Assembly (NCBI GenBank): GCA_022605425.2
Contig: CM061246.1
Location: forward strand, 868,001-932,000
Source: Hamiltosporidium tvaerminnensis FI-OER-3-3
Lineage: Eukaryota; Fungi; Microsporidia
Direction: 5' to 3'
Length of the DNA: 64,000 nucleotides
Positions 1-14,800 of the stretch are shown here, in pieces; within the stretch, counting starts at the first letter, position 1, and each line of letters opens with the position of its first letter. The position numbers and the translations under genes are program-made. The notes beneath the pieces are model-generated. The model did no database searches, had not been told where the DNA came from, and saw only the letters and a list, made by a program, of their open reading frames with translations.

Positions 1-3000
1 TAGATATTTTGAAGAAGAAAATGGTTTTATTGGAAATAACAGTTTATTTTTAAGTGGAATATGTGGAGTTTTAAGAATATTATTGATAAGTCAAGCATTT
101 AAAAGTGAATGTATTTTAAGATTTAATTTTATTTAGATGTTTTTATTAGGAGTTTTGAAGGGGGTGGATTTTTTTTAGAAGTATCTATGTGGAGCATAGT
201 ATGTCAAAGTTATTATTATTTACTTCTCGTTTAGTCGGATTTTGTTTTTGCTTTTGAGCACTATGATTTTTTAACTTCTAGATAAGAATTCGCTCGAGAA
301 ATAACCATCAGTATTTCCACAAATAATAAGATTGAAGCTATATTTGAACGGTTTCAAACCACAACTGTGGGGGGGGCAATTTGCGAATCTGTTCATAAAA
401 ATTATTCCTTCGCAGAACAGTTCTATTTTTTTTCGTTATTTAAAATATTTTCAGAATAATTTTCGTCTATATAAAAATCTTCTAGTAAATACTTTTCACT
501 AGTGTTCTTTTATCGACGGGTTGCTGAGCAGTTTCTCTATAAAGAACGATTATTTTATTTTAAGCTCTTTTTGAACTTATAAAATGAACTTTTGCTTTTC
601 AGGCAAATTTTCGAAAGTGGCAAGATATTATTTTAGTTGAGTTTGGCTGAAGCGAAACGCCAATGGCGTGGTTTTTCTTTCTTCGTGATTACATCAAATT
701 TGAGAAAATAGTTTTCTTGCGACTTTTGCTAATCTAAACTACTAAAAAAAGACTCCTTCTTTACTATGAACTTATCATAACCCGTCACGATGTGTGAATT
801 ATTTTTTCACAGTGAATTTAACCGTTACATAACTTCTTTACCTTTACATATGAATGAAATGAAGACTTATTGAAGTCTATTAGGGTAGATTTTCTTCTGT
901 TTTATTGTCTAATTTGCTGATGTATAGAGGTTTCACCCTCTACTAAATGTAAATCAGCGTTTCTAGGTTAAGTTGTTCTGTTAGAAGGCTCGAAAGAAGC
1001 AATTAGTTTTGTAGCGAGTTTACAGCCCGGATTAAGTTATTTAAAGAAGCAAGCGATTATAACACGAAAAATTATTTTTTCTCTTTTAGATGTAGAAAAT
1101 AAGCTTTCAAAAGAACAATTGTCTTGAAGTTGCCTATCTTAGCAGTGATATTAGAGAGTGAGCTGTTACGAAAAAAAACTACGAAACAGAGAAGCCACAA
1201 ATTAAAGTGCGCGGTGGCGTTTTTTTTAACAACTAATTATCGATCTATCTTATCTAAACACTGCAATAATCATTAAATCTAATATTGCGTTTTTTTCTTT
1301 TAAGAGTTAGCTTATAGTTTCTTATGTATGTTTATACCGAAATCCATCGGAATTTGTTTATTATCTAGTATATATTATAGCAGTAATGCATTGTTTTTAT
1401 ATTGTTTTAATTTTGTTTGCTTAATTGCCGATAGTGCTTTCGAAGTATCTACATATTTTAAGTTAAGTTTACATTTTTTGCTTCTTCTGTATTTATATTC
1501 GTGATGGCCAAATATTTCATTTTTGATGAAAATCTTACGAAGTTGCCTTTTTTGTACTAATAGTTTCATTGCGAATTAAACTTAACATTATTTAATATTT
1601 CGGTAAATAAAAAACATTGTAAAGTACTTATATCCGGAGTTTTGTGAGTAATTTTATTTTTTACGCTATCACTATACATGATCATGTAGATTTATACAAG
1701 AACATAAAATTTTATGTATTTCTTTTCAAATTTTAAAAAAAAACTACAATAACATTGAATCTTAAGGAAAAAACTTCAAAAAAGTTGCTGCCAAAGCACT
1801 TTAAAACACTATTTAATATATAACTTTAAGAGATAAATAGCGATAGAAAAAGGTGAAAAATATTATATACAAAAGATTTTACCATAATTTATTTATAAAA
1901 ACCGAGAGAGCACAAAATTAGTTGATAATTGCAAGTAGGAGATTAGTTATACGGACAAAAATTCGCGCTATTACATGCTATATACTATTCTAGTCTATGG
2001 CTAAATGACGATTTTTAACATAATAAAATCAATAACAAACATTTTTACTACATATTTTATCTTCACCGTATACTTTAGTATCCATAAATAGCCTCTATCA
2101 TTACTTACTATACAAATGAATGATAAAATGAGCTATGCGATTCAAACAGCAAATGATAAAATTATACAGAACCAAAAAATAGTTACATCTTTTGGTGTGA
2201 GGCTTACTTAGCAGGCAGGACAAAACATTTATAAAAATTTGTTGCAATATTCAAAAAATCAGAAAAAAAAATCAACAATTGCAAAAATCACAGAAATAGA
2301 AAGTTTTTTTAAAAAAATAGCACAGCCAAACGGATTATATAAAGTTTCAAACCCATTTTACCTTAAAAAGCAAAGCCCTTTCATTTGCTTAGGAGATATT
2401 TATGTAAGGAAAGAAAATTGAGGGTTAAAAGAAATCAGAGTGTTAATTGAAAAGATCGTAGAAGAAGTTCAAAGTATTTCATTTTCAAAATTGATGCAGC
2501 ATAACAATGTTTTGTTTATCTCGATAATATACTGGAGTTGCAAGTGGAATAATTTATAATATTGCGTGGAGATGTTAAGCCTACCAAAGTATTTGCCCTT
2601 TGAAATACTTCGAGTCGCTTACGGATTACAGGTAAGACTTCACAACAAACATCTAGATTGATTAGAGAAACTTACAATAATATGAAGCATTAAAGAGCAA
2701 ATATAGTGACATAAAACTGTTATAAAAGGGCGTTCAAAAAATGTTCTGCCAGCATTGGTAAAAAGAGAATTAACCGAAAAAATTGCGTAATAGCTTCGCG
2801 AAATGTGTCTCAAAAAACCACCCTAAGTAGGTATTCCGATGAAAAAAATCCTTTCTGAATATATTAAGAGTCAATTATGTGTAAGCTTAAATATTAAAAT
2901 GATCTATGATTTAGCTCAGCACATTTTAACTCAAAAGCAACTTACGCAAGCAAAAATGCAAATACGTTTTTTCTAAGGCATTAAATAATTTCTTGCAAAT

Positions 3001-3678
3001 AGATGAGTGTTTATATCCCATGTAGCGAAATATGAATACACTGTTGGTCGATTCAGCGCAATCAGATATTTCTTTCGTCGTTTAAAGTTCAGAAATGCTC
3101 TTTACACGAAATATATAGAAATGGATAGGTTTAAAATGAATTAACAGATATAATAGTATTTCTAGTGATAAATTTTCTGCAAACAGATATTTTTGATAAT
3201 GATAACTATCTTAGTAATGAATTTTGAATAGATAATATATTTTGTCGGTGCTAATTTCTATAACCATTAGTAATTGAAAATATTAGAAGTAATCATGGGA
3301 AATCAACATGTTTTATTGGTCTTGGAAGCTTAGAACTAAGTATCTTTCTAAAATGAAATGGATACTGATTTTTGATTCAACAAAATAGAGTTTTCCTCTC
3401 AATATCGTGTTACTTTTACAAAGAACTATAATAAAACCAAAAATACCAAGAATACAATATTTGGAAGGTTTCCGAGGATGATATTTGTAGCTTCTTTTAC
3501 GTTATTCTAATTAGGGTTTCCGGATTAAACCATCCTCGAAGAGCTTATATTAAAAAAAAATCTAAGGTAGGATTAGTCAGCTAAAAAGATTTTTCTTTCT
3601 TTGAAAATAGTATTTTTTCTTGTTTTATAAGTATTTTCACAAATTTTGAAATTTATATATTTTATTGTTATTTTTTTT

Positions 3679-3935
3679 GAGAGCGTCAATGGGTGTTATT
3701 ATGAGAGCAGAGATGAATGAGGAATCAACATCCTCTTTAAAACATGCAATTAGAGAGGAAGATGGTGCAAAAAAATTAAAGGCAACAAATAATATACCCC
3801 TTATTTCACAGAAAGGAACCGACGTTAAACAAAACTGAAGAGTCGGATTTAGAAGAAGAGACAGTAGTGGTTAAAGAGGCAAAATAAAATATTAAAGATG
3901 GTAAAAATATTTAAATCCAAAATTTCAGTAAATAA
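3679..3935 (+). mobile_element. 3' tail fragment of a non-LTR (RLE-type) retroelement, decayed
   Basis: Reads ERASMGVIMRAEMNEESTSSLKHAIREEDGAKK...(frameshift)...EESDLEEETVVVKEAK* followed by an A-rich tail. Shares an exact 27-mer (tgaagagtcggatttagaagaagagac, 3836-3862) with 20658-20684. The repeat status is seen directly; the retroelement assignment is recalled similarity to microsporidian RLE-element C-termini. Confidence 0.6.
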
Positions 3936-6900
3936 AATATTCATGATTTTTATTGTTCTTTAATTGAGATATAAACAAAAAAACTGTGTTTTCTTATCCC
4001 TATTTTTAATTTTTTTATGAATTCAAAAGACTCGAAAAGTAGTAAAATTCAAATAAAAACATAAAATACATTTATTTTTGTGTTATTCTATCGCAAATGT
4101 TTCATATCTGAAGTTGGCTACGTTATATTCTATTTTTTTCTCTATTTATGATATATATTTTTTTAAGAATTTATGAAAGACAAGAGAGGAGCTGTTACTA
4201 TGTACATAGATCCAATGTATATCATTTCAGATGTTCCCCCTTATTTTTTGCCTAAAATATCATAAACGGGCCCAAGTAAATGAGTGACTTATTAAATATT
4301 GATAAAATTTTAAAATAATACTTAATTATAAAACATCTCAAAGCTAATAAGAAATTTTCCACTGGTTGGAAATACTCGACCCTTAGCCAGATTGTTAAAG
4401 AACGCGAATAAAAATTAATTATACTCGGTAGAAAGAAAATATTTTATCAGCCCAATGTTATTGTTTGTTGATATAACAAACCACATTAAGAAACAATAAA
4501 ATCCTATTTATGCTTTTCTTTAGTAGATTAGATCTAAGAATTTCCTTTTTTGCAATATAATGACAAAAATGGAACATAAATAATGGTTTTTTAACTAAAT
4601 AATCTTTGGATGATTCATTTTCGATTTAACTTCGACTTAAAACAAATTGAATGTTAGATCTTGTTCCTAGATAATTCATGAAGCAATAAATCACAGCTTA
4701 AAATTAATGATCTAGAAAGCAAAATACCAAAAAAAATGTATACAAGATCAAAAGTACTTTTTTTTTAGGAATGACTACTATTTAGGAGTATTTTCAGCGG
4801 CCTCTCAGAAAGTTTTATGATATAATATGATTCTTATGATAAAATATCTTGAGATATATCAAATTTAAAAATAGTATTTTATAAAAATTTTTGACACATC
4901 GGTTTTATAAGCAACAGTATATTTAAGAAATAAAAACCAAAAACTGTATCTTTTATAGTAAGTCCTATGTGCACGGGTTTTGTTTTGAGTTTTGTTGCAA
5001 TTTATCTTCATGTTAGATCCTAAACGCTTGAAATATAAACAATTTTTTTTATATTTTTCACTTCAAAGCATACCGATTTTTGACTGCCTAGATACTTTTT
5101 TCAATAGACAAAATGTGAAATTTACAGAAAATAAAGAATTTTTGTCTTGATACATCATAGATACTTAATGTTTCTTTACTTCTCATATAAAATAATATTT
5201 CTTATGAATAGCAAATGATGATATAGATTAAATAAAATTTAAAATTATTTTGTATAATAAAGATGTATGAAGAAAATAAAATTCAAAAATAATGAAAAAA
5301 TAAAAAATTACATTTTATATACATAAATTTTAGTACTTATTTTAATAAATGTTATGAAACAGATGAATATCGATAAGTAAATTTGTGTGATTTGAACTTA
5401 AACTTTGAATAATCTAAATAATGATTCATTGAAATAATGCAGAAGCAGACTCAAATATAAAGAAAAAAAATATATAATAGAAATAATCAGAAGATAGTCT
5501 TAAAAACCAGTCAATAAAAATAAAGATTCATTCTATATTTATAATTTAAATTGGTAAAATATAGTTCTTATATCATACGTGCACTTTAATGGTTTAGATG
5601 TAACTCAGGTAGATTATTATAACCAAAATACAATTTATTCGCTTTTTTTTTATTTTTTGAATACTTATCCATTTTCATTTTTTTTCCCAGCAGAACTGAT
5701 TTGAAATATATTTTTTGGCTTTGATACAAAACCAAATATTTTATATATATATTCATGTGTATGATTACTCGCTAAGCCTATATTTCAAAATAATAATGGT
5801 TTTTGGTGGCTAAAAATTTAATTTTGTATTTTTTGGTTGTTATTCTTCACAATTGGATTCGAGTTTGGGCAAGTAATTTCAAGTTATTTTGTAAAAAACA
5901 CGTTCATTCTATTGGTCCATCTGAATTTTTAATTTTAAAACACATTGAATACTTATTCCCGATATTAAAGTCGTAAAGACAACATAGATCTAAATGCTAG
6001 ATACGCATTCGTTAAATTTATATTCTAAAAATTATATTTAATTTTTAGGGAAATAGTAAATTTGTAATAATTTACGAAATTATTATAATATAGCAAGGAT
6101 TTCTTGTGGTCTAATTTTTTTATTACAGATAATTTAACTTGAGTAAACACTATTAACTTTCTTTGAAACATCTGGCCTTGCTGAGGGTTATTGATACTTT
6201 ATAATTTAATTGGTTTTCTGTTATCATAAGCGTGGGTGATACTTTATCATAATTAATGTTGTATTTGCTTTCTAAAGATTCGGTTTAAACCAATTGAATG
6301 TTTCTTATTGTTTTAAAAATTAAATATCTATTATTTTTAATTTGACCTTGTTCTTGATAATGCTTATTTATTTGCAAATACAATTCTATCTAAGATGAGC
6401 TTTATGTTCTAAAAGACAAGCTTCACTTATTAGGCAAAAATATGCTGATATAAATAGCTATATTTATAACTTAATATGGTCCATGCTAAGTTTAGGATTT
6501 TTTTATTGATTTTAGTATCATACATGCTTAATAGATTTGATATTTATAAATCATGAAATAATAAAATGAAAATTTCACTATTTAGTCAAAGTCATGATAC
6601 ACCATTGAAAATATAGATTTTAAAATTTTGATATCAGTTTCTCTATTAAATTATTTTCACGTATAAATTATTTGTTTATCTTATAATGTCTGATATGTAA
6701 TGCCGCAATGGGTTAATTTAATGTATTTTGCATTTACTTTACAAATAATTTTTTGAAATAGAATTTTCTAATGCATTAGCAAAAGTTAATTCGGTGACTG
6801 TAGACTGACAAGGTATATCATGAATGAAAATGACAAAAATTCAAAAAGCAAGCTAGATCCTATAAAATTTATGCGATATGAGCTATAAAACTAAATTATT

Positions 6901-9900
6901 AAAAGGTATGTAAAGCAAATAAATATTTTATTCCTTACTTCTTATGATAATTTATTTTAAAACTTCTAAAAGTTCATTTTTACTTCTAATCAAACTTTAT
7001 ATCAAATAGAGTTCAACGACAGTATATTGTTTATAAGTAAGACGTAAAAAAATTATTAAGAAAATCGAAAAAAAAATTCTTTTGTATTTTAGTTGTAAAA
7101 AATATAAGTAGAATAAAAAATTATCAAAGCAATTCTAAAGTAGTATCAAGCAAAACTTAATTTCGATATACTTGAAAGCACATAGTAGGTTTGTGATGAT
7201 TCTAAATGCGAAATGTTAAAAAAATATTTTGCTTAAATCGAAATTAAATAATATTATTTGGTTATGTGAAGAATTTTCTGAATTATTTTACGTATCTTGG
7301 TTGTAATAATTTTTAATTCATAAGTAGTCGCTAGATTAGTACCAGGCAAATAATTATGTGTTTTCTAAACTTCAATTTCATTTATTAGCAGAATTCAAAT
7401 ATATATTCATTTTAATAGAATTATATATTTAATAAACCAGGTAAGGTATTCAAACTCAAGTTTTGAAATAATTAAAATATATTCTTGTAAAAAAGCGCAT
7501 TTTATGATTCTTTTTTGTTTAAATTAAAAAGTTATCAATTTAGCAAATTTCAGTCGATCAACATGTCATTCTGCATTCTTAGAATATTATATGCCACAAT
7601 AAATATTATTCAAACAAAACTTACCCTGTATTAAATACATAAATTATTAATTATTCGAGAATTTTTGTTTATCTACATTCGAAAACACTTTCTATTTCTT
7701 ATTATTTAATTTTTAAATATGAAAATGAGTTTGTATACTTAAAATATTTATCCTATGCATTTCCAGAAAAACACTTTTGTCAATAAGAAATCGAATGTTG
7801 TTAATTTAAAAATTATTGGTTAAAATTATATTTTCGGTTAAAACAAATTTTGAAATAATAAAAAAGTTCAAAAGATCAGAAAATATTTTCGAATATTGTA
7901 AAGCGTCACAAAATAATGGTTGGGCCGATCTATTTTCTTTCAACCCAGATGGATTTGCAGAAACCTCTTATAGATCATATAATAATGATTTCTATTACAA
8001 GATTAGAACTTGGCGAAGCTTTTATTCATAGTTGGATTGTATTCCATCCGTAGGAAAGGTGCGAGCTATTAAATAAATAAAATTACAAAAGAAGAATAAC
8101 ATGCAATTAATTACTAAAATAATTGAATTTTAAGATCTATTTAAAATTAAAAATATCACTACAGTTACATTTAAAATTTCCAATCTAGCTTTTAGGTGTA
8201 AAGCTTTGTAAAAATTCATCTAATAATTCAAAAACTATATTCTAGGATTAATAAAAATTTAAAGCGAAACAACTCTTTTTTTAGAATTGAAATATTTCAA
8301 TCAAAAAAGCCTATAAAAATAAAAAAAAATTGACTAAAAAGCGCAAACATATTCTCTATGTTTAGAAAAAAATTCTAAATAGGAAATTTTGCACTACAAA
8401 GTAAAAAAAATTGTAGTTTTGATGAGCTATCAACTTTGGATTGCTTTATACAAAAAAGTGTAATTTAAAAAATTATAAAAAATAACTCGAAAAATCATCT
8501 TAAGGAAACGAAGTTTAACTCGTGGCTTTATTTCATATAATTTTAATTTTAGAGAACACTAAAAATATGTATCAAGTGTTGCAATAAAGTTTAGCAATCT
8601 AAACATAAGATTGTCAATGAAAACGAAAGAATAAAAAAATTTAATTCGATTTGATTTCATAGTATTTATTCGAGGATATTTTTTGTATTTAAAGTGTGTA
8701 AATCGAAGAAATATAATTTTAAATAGGCATTAGGTTAAATATAATTCCATTTCAAATAAATTTTGTTGAATTAAAGCGAATTATTCTACAATTCTTCACT
8801 AATTTATAATTCGACTGCGTAATTTTTTGTTGATTTCCTTATTCGAGAAAACATATACAGATACCATATTTTGGTATATGAATTTTCGTTATAGCCTTTT
8901 CAATTGCAAAAATATTAAATGTTTCTGTGTTAAGGCAATAGATTGCGATTTTTTTCATAGTTCTTTCGTTTTTTCAATTATCTTGTACAAATTTGTTTGT
9001 CATTATAAAATGATTTTTACATGAGGCAAATCCAAATTGAACACTTTATTTTAATGAAAACTCAGACTTACTGAATTACGAGTCATTAGTCACCACAGCC
9101 TAAATTTTAAAGTGTTAAATATATACCATTTATCCTATAAAACATAGAAATTATATCTCATTATTTCTGTTTTGTATTACACATATCGAGTTTTTATTAC
9201 AATTTTTATTGCCATACGAAAGCAAATATTCATTTTTTTATTTTCAGTTAAATCTATAAGATTAAACAAAACACATCGAGAAAAAAATAAAAAAAGATCT
9301 AGAAATGTTTGAGGGTTTAACATCAAATTTTATTGGAAGCGAAAAAAATAATTTTGACATTTTTGATTTAAATTTTTCTATTTTAGGATATTATAAGATT
9401 TCCTAAATATATATTTTTTTGTAAACAAGCTTTTAAATTTAACTAATGTAATTTTGATAGTCGAAGTCTATCATGGATTCAATATTTTTTAGTTGTAAGT
9501 ATCAAATTGTTTTTTTCTATTATAAAATATTTCAATTATTTAATAATTCAAATATTTAGAATTTGTAAGTAAGAAAAGAAACCAGATCATTCAATTAAAT
9601 AAAAAAATTAATCAAATATAGAATTTTTTTCACAATGTTTTCGAAAAAGTATTATGGCGCAATTTTGAAAAAAATATCATAATTGTGTAATGAAGCTATT
9701 GTATAAGGTGATTTGCACTTTAAATCTTTTTGTCAAAAACTTACAGCACTCTAAGAAGTTAAATTATAGGGCAGAAGATATAAACAATTTTTATTTATTA
9801 TTAAATTCCAAACCAACTTCTTTATATTGTCTTGTTTAGATCTGATGATGTTTAAAACCTAAAATATTTGAAATACATGAAGCAGATACCTTTCACTGGA

Positions 9901-11629
9901 AAACCCACCACATTAAGTTTTAAATCTATTATTTTGAATGATTAGACAGTGCGCCTCTTTAATAAATATATTTCTTGGTATTTCTGTAGAATACAAAATT
10001 TAGATATTAGAAACCTAATAAGAATTCAATAAACTTAATCATGATACATCTAGTGATTTTTCTAAAAATTTAGGAGTTTTGAAGTTCTATATTTCTTAAT
10101 ATAGAAAAAGGTAAATAAATTGTAATGTTTTGTTATATGTGAAAAAGAAATAAGATAACTTATATATTTTTTTACCTATAAAATCAAGTTTCTTTCTTTT
10201 AATTGTTTTTTATGCTTGTATTTTTACCACTGCGTCAAATAAAAACAGCAGCCATGAATTCTAAAACTTTATTTCGCGATTTAATATTTTAGTGAATACC
10301 TTTTCTGGTTTCTTTTAAAAACCCAATTATTAGAAATGAATATTATTAAACATCTTATTTTTGTTTCGATTTGTGAAACTTAAAACGGTAGAATTAGGAA
10401 ATTATTTCTAGAAAATCGTTATTTTATGATAACTAAATTTCACTTCATATTGATTCCTCTTTATTCAATAAATTATTTTAGAGAATATTCGGGTTTAACA
10501 AAAATCTAGAAAACTATGCAATTCTAATCATCGAATTCTTTTGTTGGTTATACATAAGCTTATATCTCATTCTAATACTAAAAATGTCTCTTGCTCTTCT
10601 ATTATGTATGAAAATTGATTATATTGCAATAATAGTCTTGTATTTAACTAAAATCTTTTTTTTTAAATTCAAAATATATATTTAAGTGTACATCCAAGCT
10701 TTATCTTTTGGCAAAATAGTTTTAGAAGAATAAAATAGTTCAATAGAGTATTGTGGTAGTTTTATACGGAATAAATTATAATTTTAAATATATATTTTTA
10801 AGAAACCGAATAATTATAAATGGCGCTATAAGTCTTCATAGTTCTTGCAGCGCATGTCATATTTAAATAAATTTTGAATCGGGGTAAGTTATACGTATAT
10901 TATTGGTTTAATTTTAAAACAAACCCACATAAACTTGATATTGGTTTGCTACGCAAAATAAATATCATTAGGTTGTAAAAATAATTTTAATTCTTATGAG
11001 AATTGAAATACGATCTTTAAAAATATTTAAAAATTATCTAAGCGAGACTATATTATAATTTAGAAATTTTCCAATTTTAATCATTTTTTCATTGGTTAAA
11101 TATGTTTAAAAAAATATACAATACTCAATGATTCATACAGCCGAAATTTAAACCTTTTTAAACAAAATATAAGGGCTTCGCTTTTTCTAAATAGTTTAGA
11201 ATTTCTTGATAAATAAATAAGTTTCCATTTTTATCTAATTACAAAAAAAGTAAATATAACAGAAGAAAAAGAAAGTACGAATGAAGAATAAAGTTGTTTT
11301 TACAAATCTTTAAATTTCAGATTTCCAATTGATTATTATATTTAGACTACATGAACTGGATTCGTAGTGTGTATTCTTAATTTGAGGAATAAAAATTGCT
11401 ACACATGTTTTATACTATTTATATGTGTACATCTTTCCCTCTTATATATTGTATATATACATATTAATTTTATAATTTACTATAAAATTTAAAATATTTT
11501 TGTTGACGAAAAAAACAAAAATTAATTCATATAATAACTTTTCTAATATTTTAATTACCAAAGTACTAGTTCTTCACTCACTTACTCCCTCTTTATCTCA
11601 TTATTTATTTATTTTTATTGTATCTAGTT

Positions 11630-11850
11630 TAATGGCGGGAGGAGGATAACCGCATTAAAAACTATCTGCTCAGCATTGAGTGTCAAAATTATTTGAAAAT
11701 CATTGTTAAGTTTCTTGGTGGTTCATAGCCCACACCGGATCTCTAGATCAATTCTCTAAAATTCGAGTTACAACTGATTAAAAGTAACAAATGAAAAATT
11801 TTCATTGGTTCATCCTTGACACCGAAAGGTAAAATAGGACAAGAATAAGT
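11630..11850 (+). repeat. Dispersed repeat block, copy 1 (5' part only)
   Basis: ggaggataaccgcatt-aaaactatctgct...tcattgtt...tggtgg aligns by eye with 31430-31520 and 51555-51640. ggaggataacc is exact at 11641-11651 and 31441-31451. Confidence 0.6.
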
Positions 11851-14800
11851 AAGTATATCTAATTTATAATTTTATGAAACCTGATATATGAATGGAAAAA
11901 ATTGCTATCAAAAATCAATTCAAATGCATTAGAAATAAATAGTCAGATTAAATTTGTTAATAATTCTCTATGTGATAATTTACTTATATTATAGTTTAAA
12001 ACCACCGAAAAAAACATAATAAATATGTATTGGCTTCGCAAAAATAACTACTAAATGAGCAGAAAAGGTTTTAAATTATATTTAGAATTAATTGGTTAAA
12101 AAAATTATAAATTTGTATTTTTTAAAATTGATTTCAAATTAGTCATTAAATTTAGCATCGATTTTTGTAGAAGTTTTGCTAGTAATATTAAAATAAACTA
12201 TAAATTTTTTTTTAGAAAAATTATTATAGACGTTTGGCATATTATATTGCCAATCAAAATGAATTTTTAAGAATATACTGTAATATATAAAAAAATATGA
12301 AACATTTGAGCATATAAGTTCCAGTAAATAAAGATCTCCTTGAAAATACACGATCTAAAGACATGTTTAAAAATGCAACATGTAATAAAATCTATGCACG
12401 TTTAGGTAAGTCGAAAATTCTAAAATTTTTATATTTGAAGCAGGTAAAGTTTTTTTCAAAGATATATTTACAAGCAAAATTCTTTTGCTAACAGAGTGCA
12501 GTAGAATATTTGCAATCAATTTGAGTTTTTAATAGGTAACTAATTCCCAAAAGACTATTTGAAATGTATTTTTCAATATTTTTGTTTAAAAACCTGGAAT
12601 GTACGAAATTTTGGCTTATGCTTATAGAATTACATAATTTTTGTTAAATTTTAGTGACAATCAAATCCTAAAAAATTTGTATTTAAAACGAACTTATAAT
12701 TTAAAAAATTTAATGTCTACCTTTGGTACATTTAAAAGATCCGAAGCGAAAAAAATGTATGTCGTGTATATTATCACATTTAGAAATATAATTTAAGTCA
12801 TATTTTAACTATTAATTACTTTATAAATTTCATTAATTGAATCGCTAATCAAAAAGGGATAAATATACTAAGTTTGGTATTATAATCAAAAGCCTATCAT
12901 GGTGATTTTAGCAATATTTAAAAAATATGCATAAGATACAAGCACGTTGTCCAGTAGATTTATTGAGAAAACAAGTGTATTTTCTAGAGAGAAATATAAG
13001 GCGAAATTCTTAACAAAAATATCTCATCTGTAACTTTACTTACCAAAAGTATATTTTTAACTAAATTAATTTTTTTTACAGTAATAAAGAAAAAAAATGT
13101 TCGTTTAAATGTTATATGAGAAAAAATCCCGCAAACGAAAAGCAGTTGGGTTATAACATTAAATTAGAGAATATTGGCTCTGGATCTAATTACAAATTTG
13201 TGAATGATATAAGCAACTATATTTTATGTTTGATCTGCTAAAAAAGTTGTATAAATGATATCTTTGTTTTTAAATTTACCTTTTTATATATAGTTTTTGA
13301 TGTATCAGTATAGCACAAATATAATCTTGTAAAAAAAGATATTAAAACGCAATTTCTCGCATTAAACTTTAAAAATTTCTATTTTATTTAGATATTTATT
13401 AAATTCAAAAAAATAAACCTTTACTGGGCTTCATTATACCGTAGCTAACTCATTGTACTATAAATAATTTATTTAATAATATGAATCAAGCTTCGTGCGC
13501 GATATGAATAAAATCAAGAATGAACATTTGAAAAAACTCATTTATTGCAAATTAAGCAGAAATATTCGAGAAAAAACTGTCATAAATAGAGTATAATGCA
13601 AAAGCGGTTTTCAAAATGGAAATTTTACGAAGTATGCTTGTTATAAAGATAGCGAGGATTGGAATACCAGATTAATCTTGTATTGGAAAGTCAGGCATAA
13701 GATTTTATTCGGCTCGGTATGTTTGCGATTGGGTTACAATCATTAATTTTTTTATAAGATTGAAAAAATAATATTAAAGATGTCTGCTATATAAGAGTGC
13801 CTTTCCTACGCTTATAATTTCTTATGATATCTTATACGTAGTAGATTAAGATATCAATATAGAAATATAGACCCAAAAATATTTTTAGCACGCGATCAAT
13901 GATATCTATATTTCAATATTCAGAGAAAACATACAATTTTTGAACATAGTGTTTAAATTAATCAAATTTCAAGCTATCTACAGAAGCCAGAAATATTCAA
14001 TCTATAAAAAATAATTATTATGGTTTTTGTTTATGATATAGGTAATCAAACTATGGCACGCAAACACATTTCTTCTGTGCCCGAAGTAGCAGTTCATACA
14101 TTACCTGCATCTACCCGTCCGAATTTTTTTCTTGTAGAGTATCTAAGCCAAAAAATGCCTAAATTCGCATCATTAACAAAAAGATTACAATTACAGATAA
14201 TTTTTATTATGAATTCCTAGTACAAAAATAATTATTTGTTTTTTATCATTTTTTTTATTATTTTATACCAAAAAACCAAAATGCAAAAAAAAATTGTGGT
14301 ATAATTTATTTTTGATTAGATTAATGTAGTTGAGAGTTGCAGATTAATTATTTTTAAATGTGGTTAAATTCTCTATTAGAACTACTGATAACGACTGCAT
14401 GCCTTATCTGTCAATTTGACTTGTAAATATATTTTGTGTAGTTCATTAGAGAAAATGCTTCTTTATGTTTAAGGAGATACGGAAGCGAAAATAATCACTT
14501 GACAAATGTATGAGCTTGATTGAATTGTGTGACTGGAAGACTCTCATAAAACTTCAGTAATTTATTTGAATATTTTTATATGGAAATATGGTAATATAGC
14601 AATATAAATGTCTATTTTTTTGAACATCTGTATGAAACTTTAAAAATATGATTTACAATATTAATAAGTAAAAAGGTAATATTCTTCGGTATCTTGACTA
14701 AAATATAATGAGTTTTTGGCTTGAGAACCAAGAAGTTTGGCAAACTTTGTTCAAAATAACTTAAATTAAAAATACAGTCCAGAAATACATAAAATAGGAA

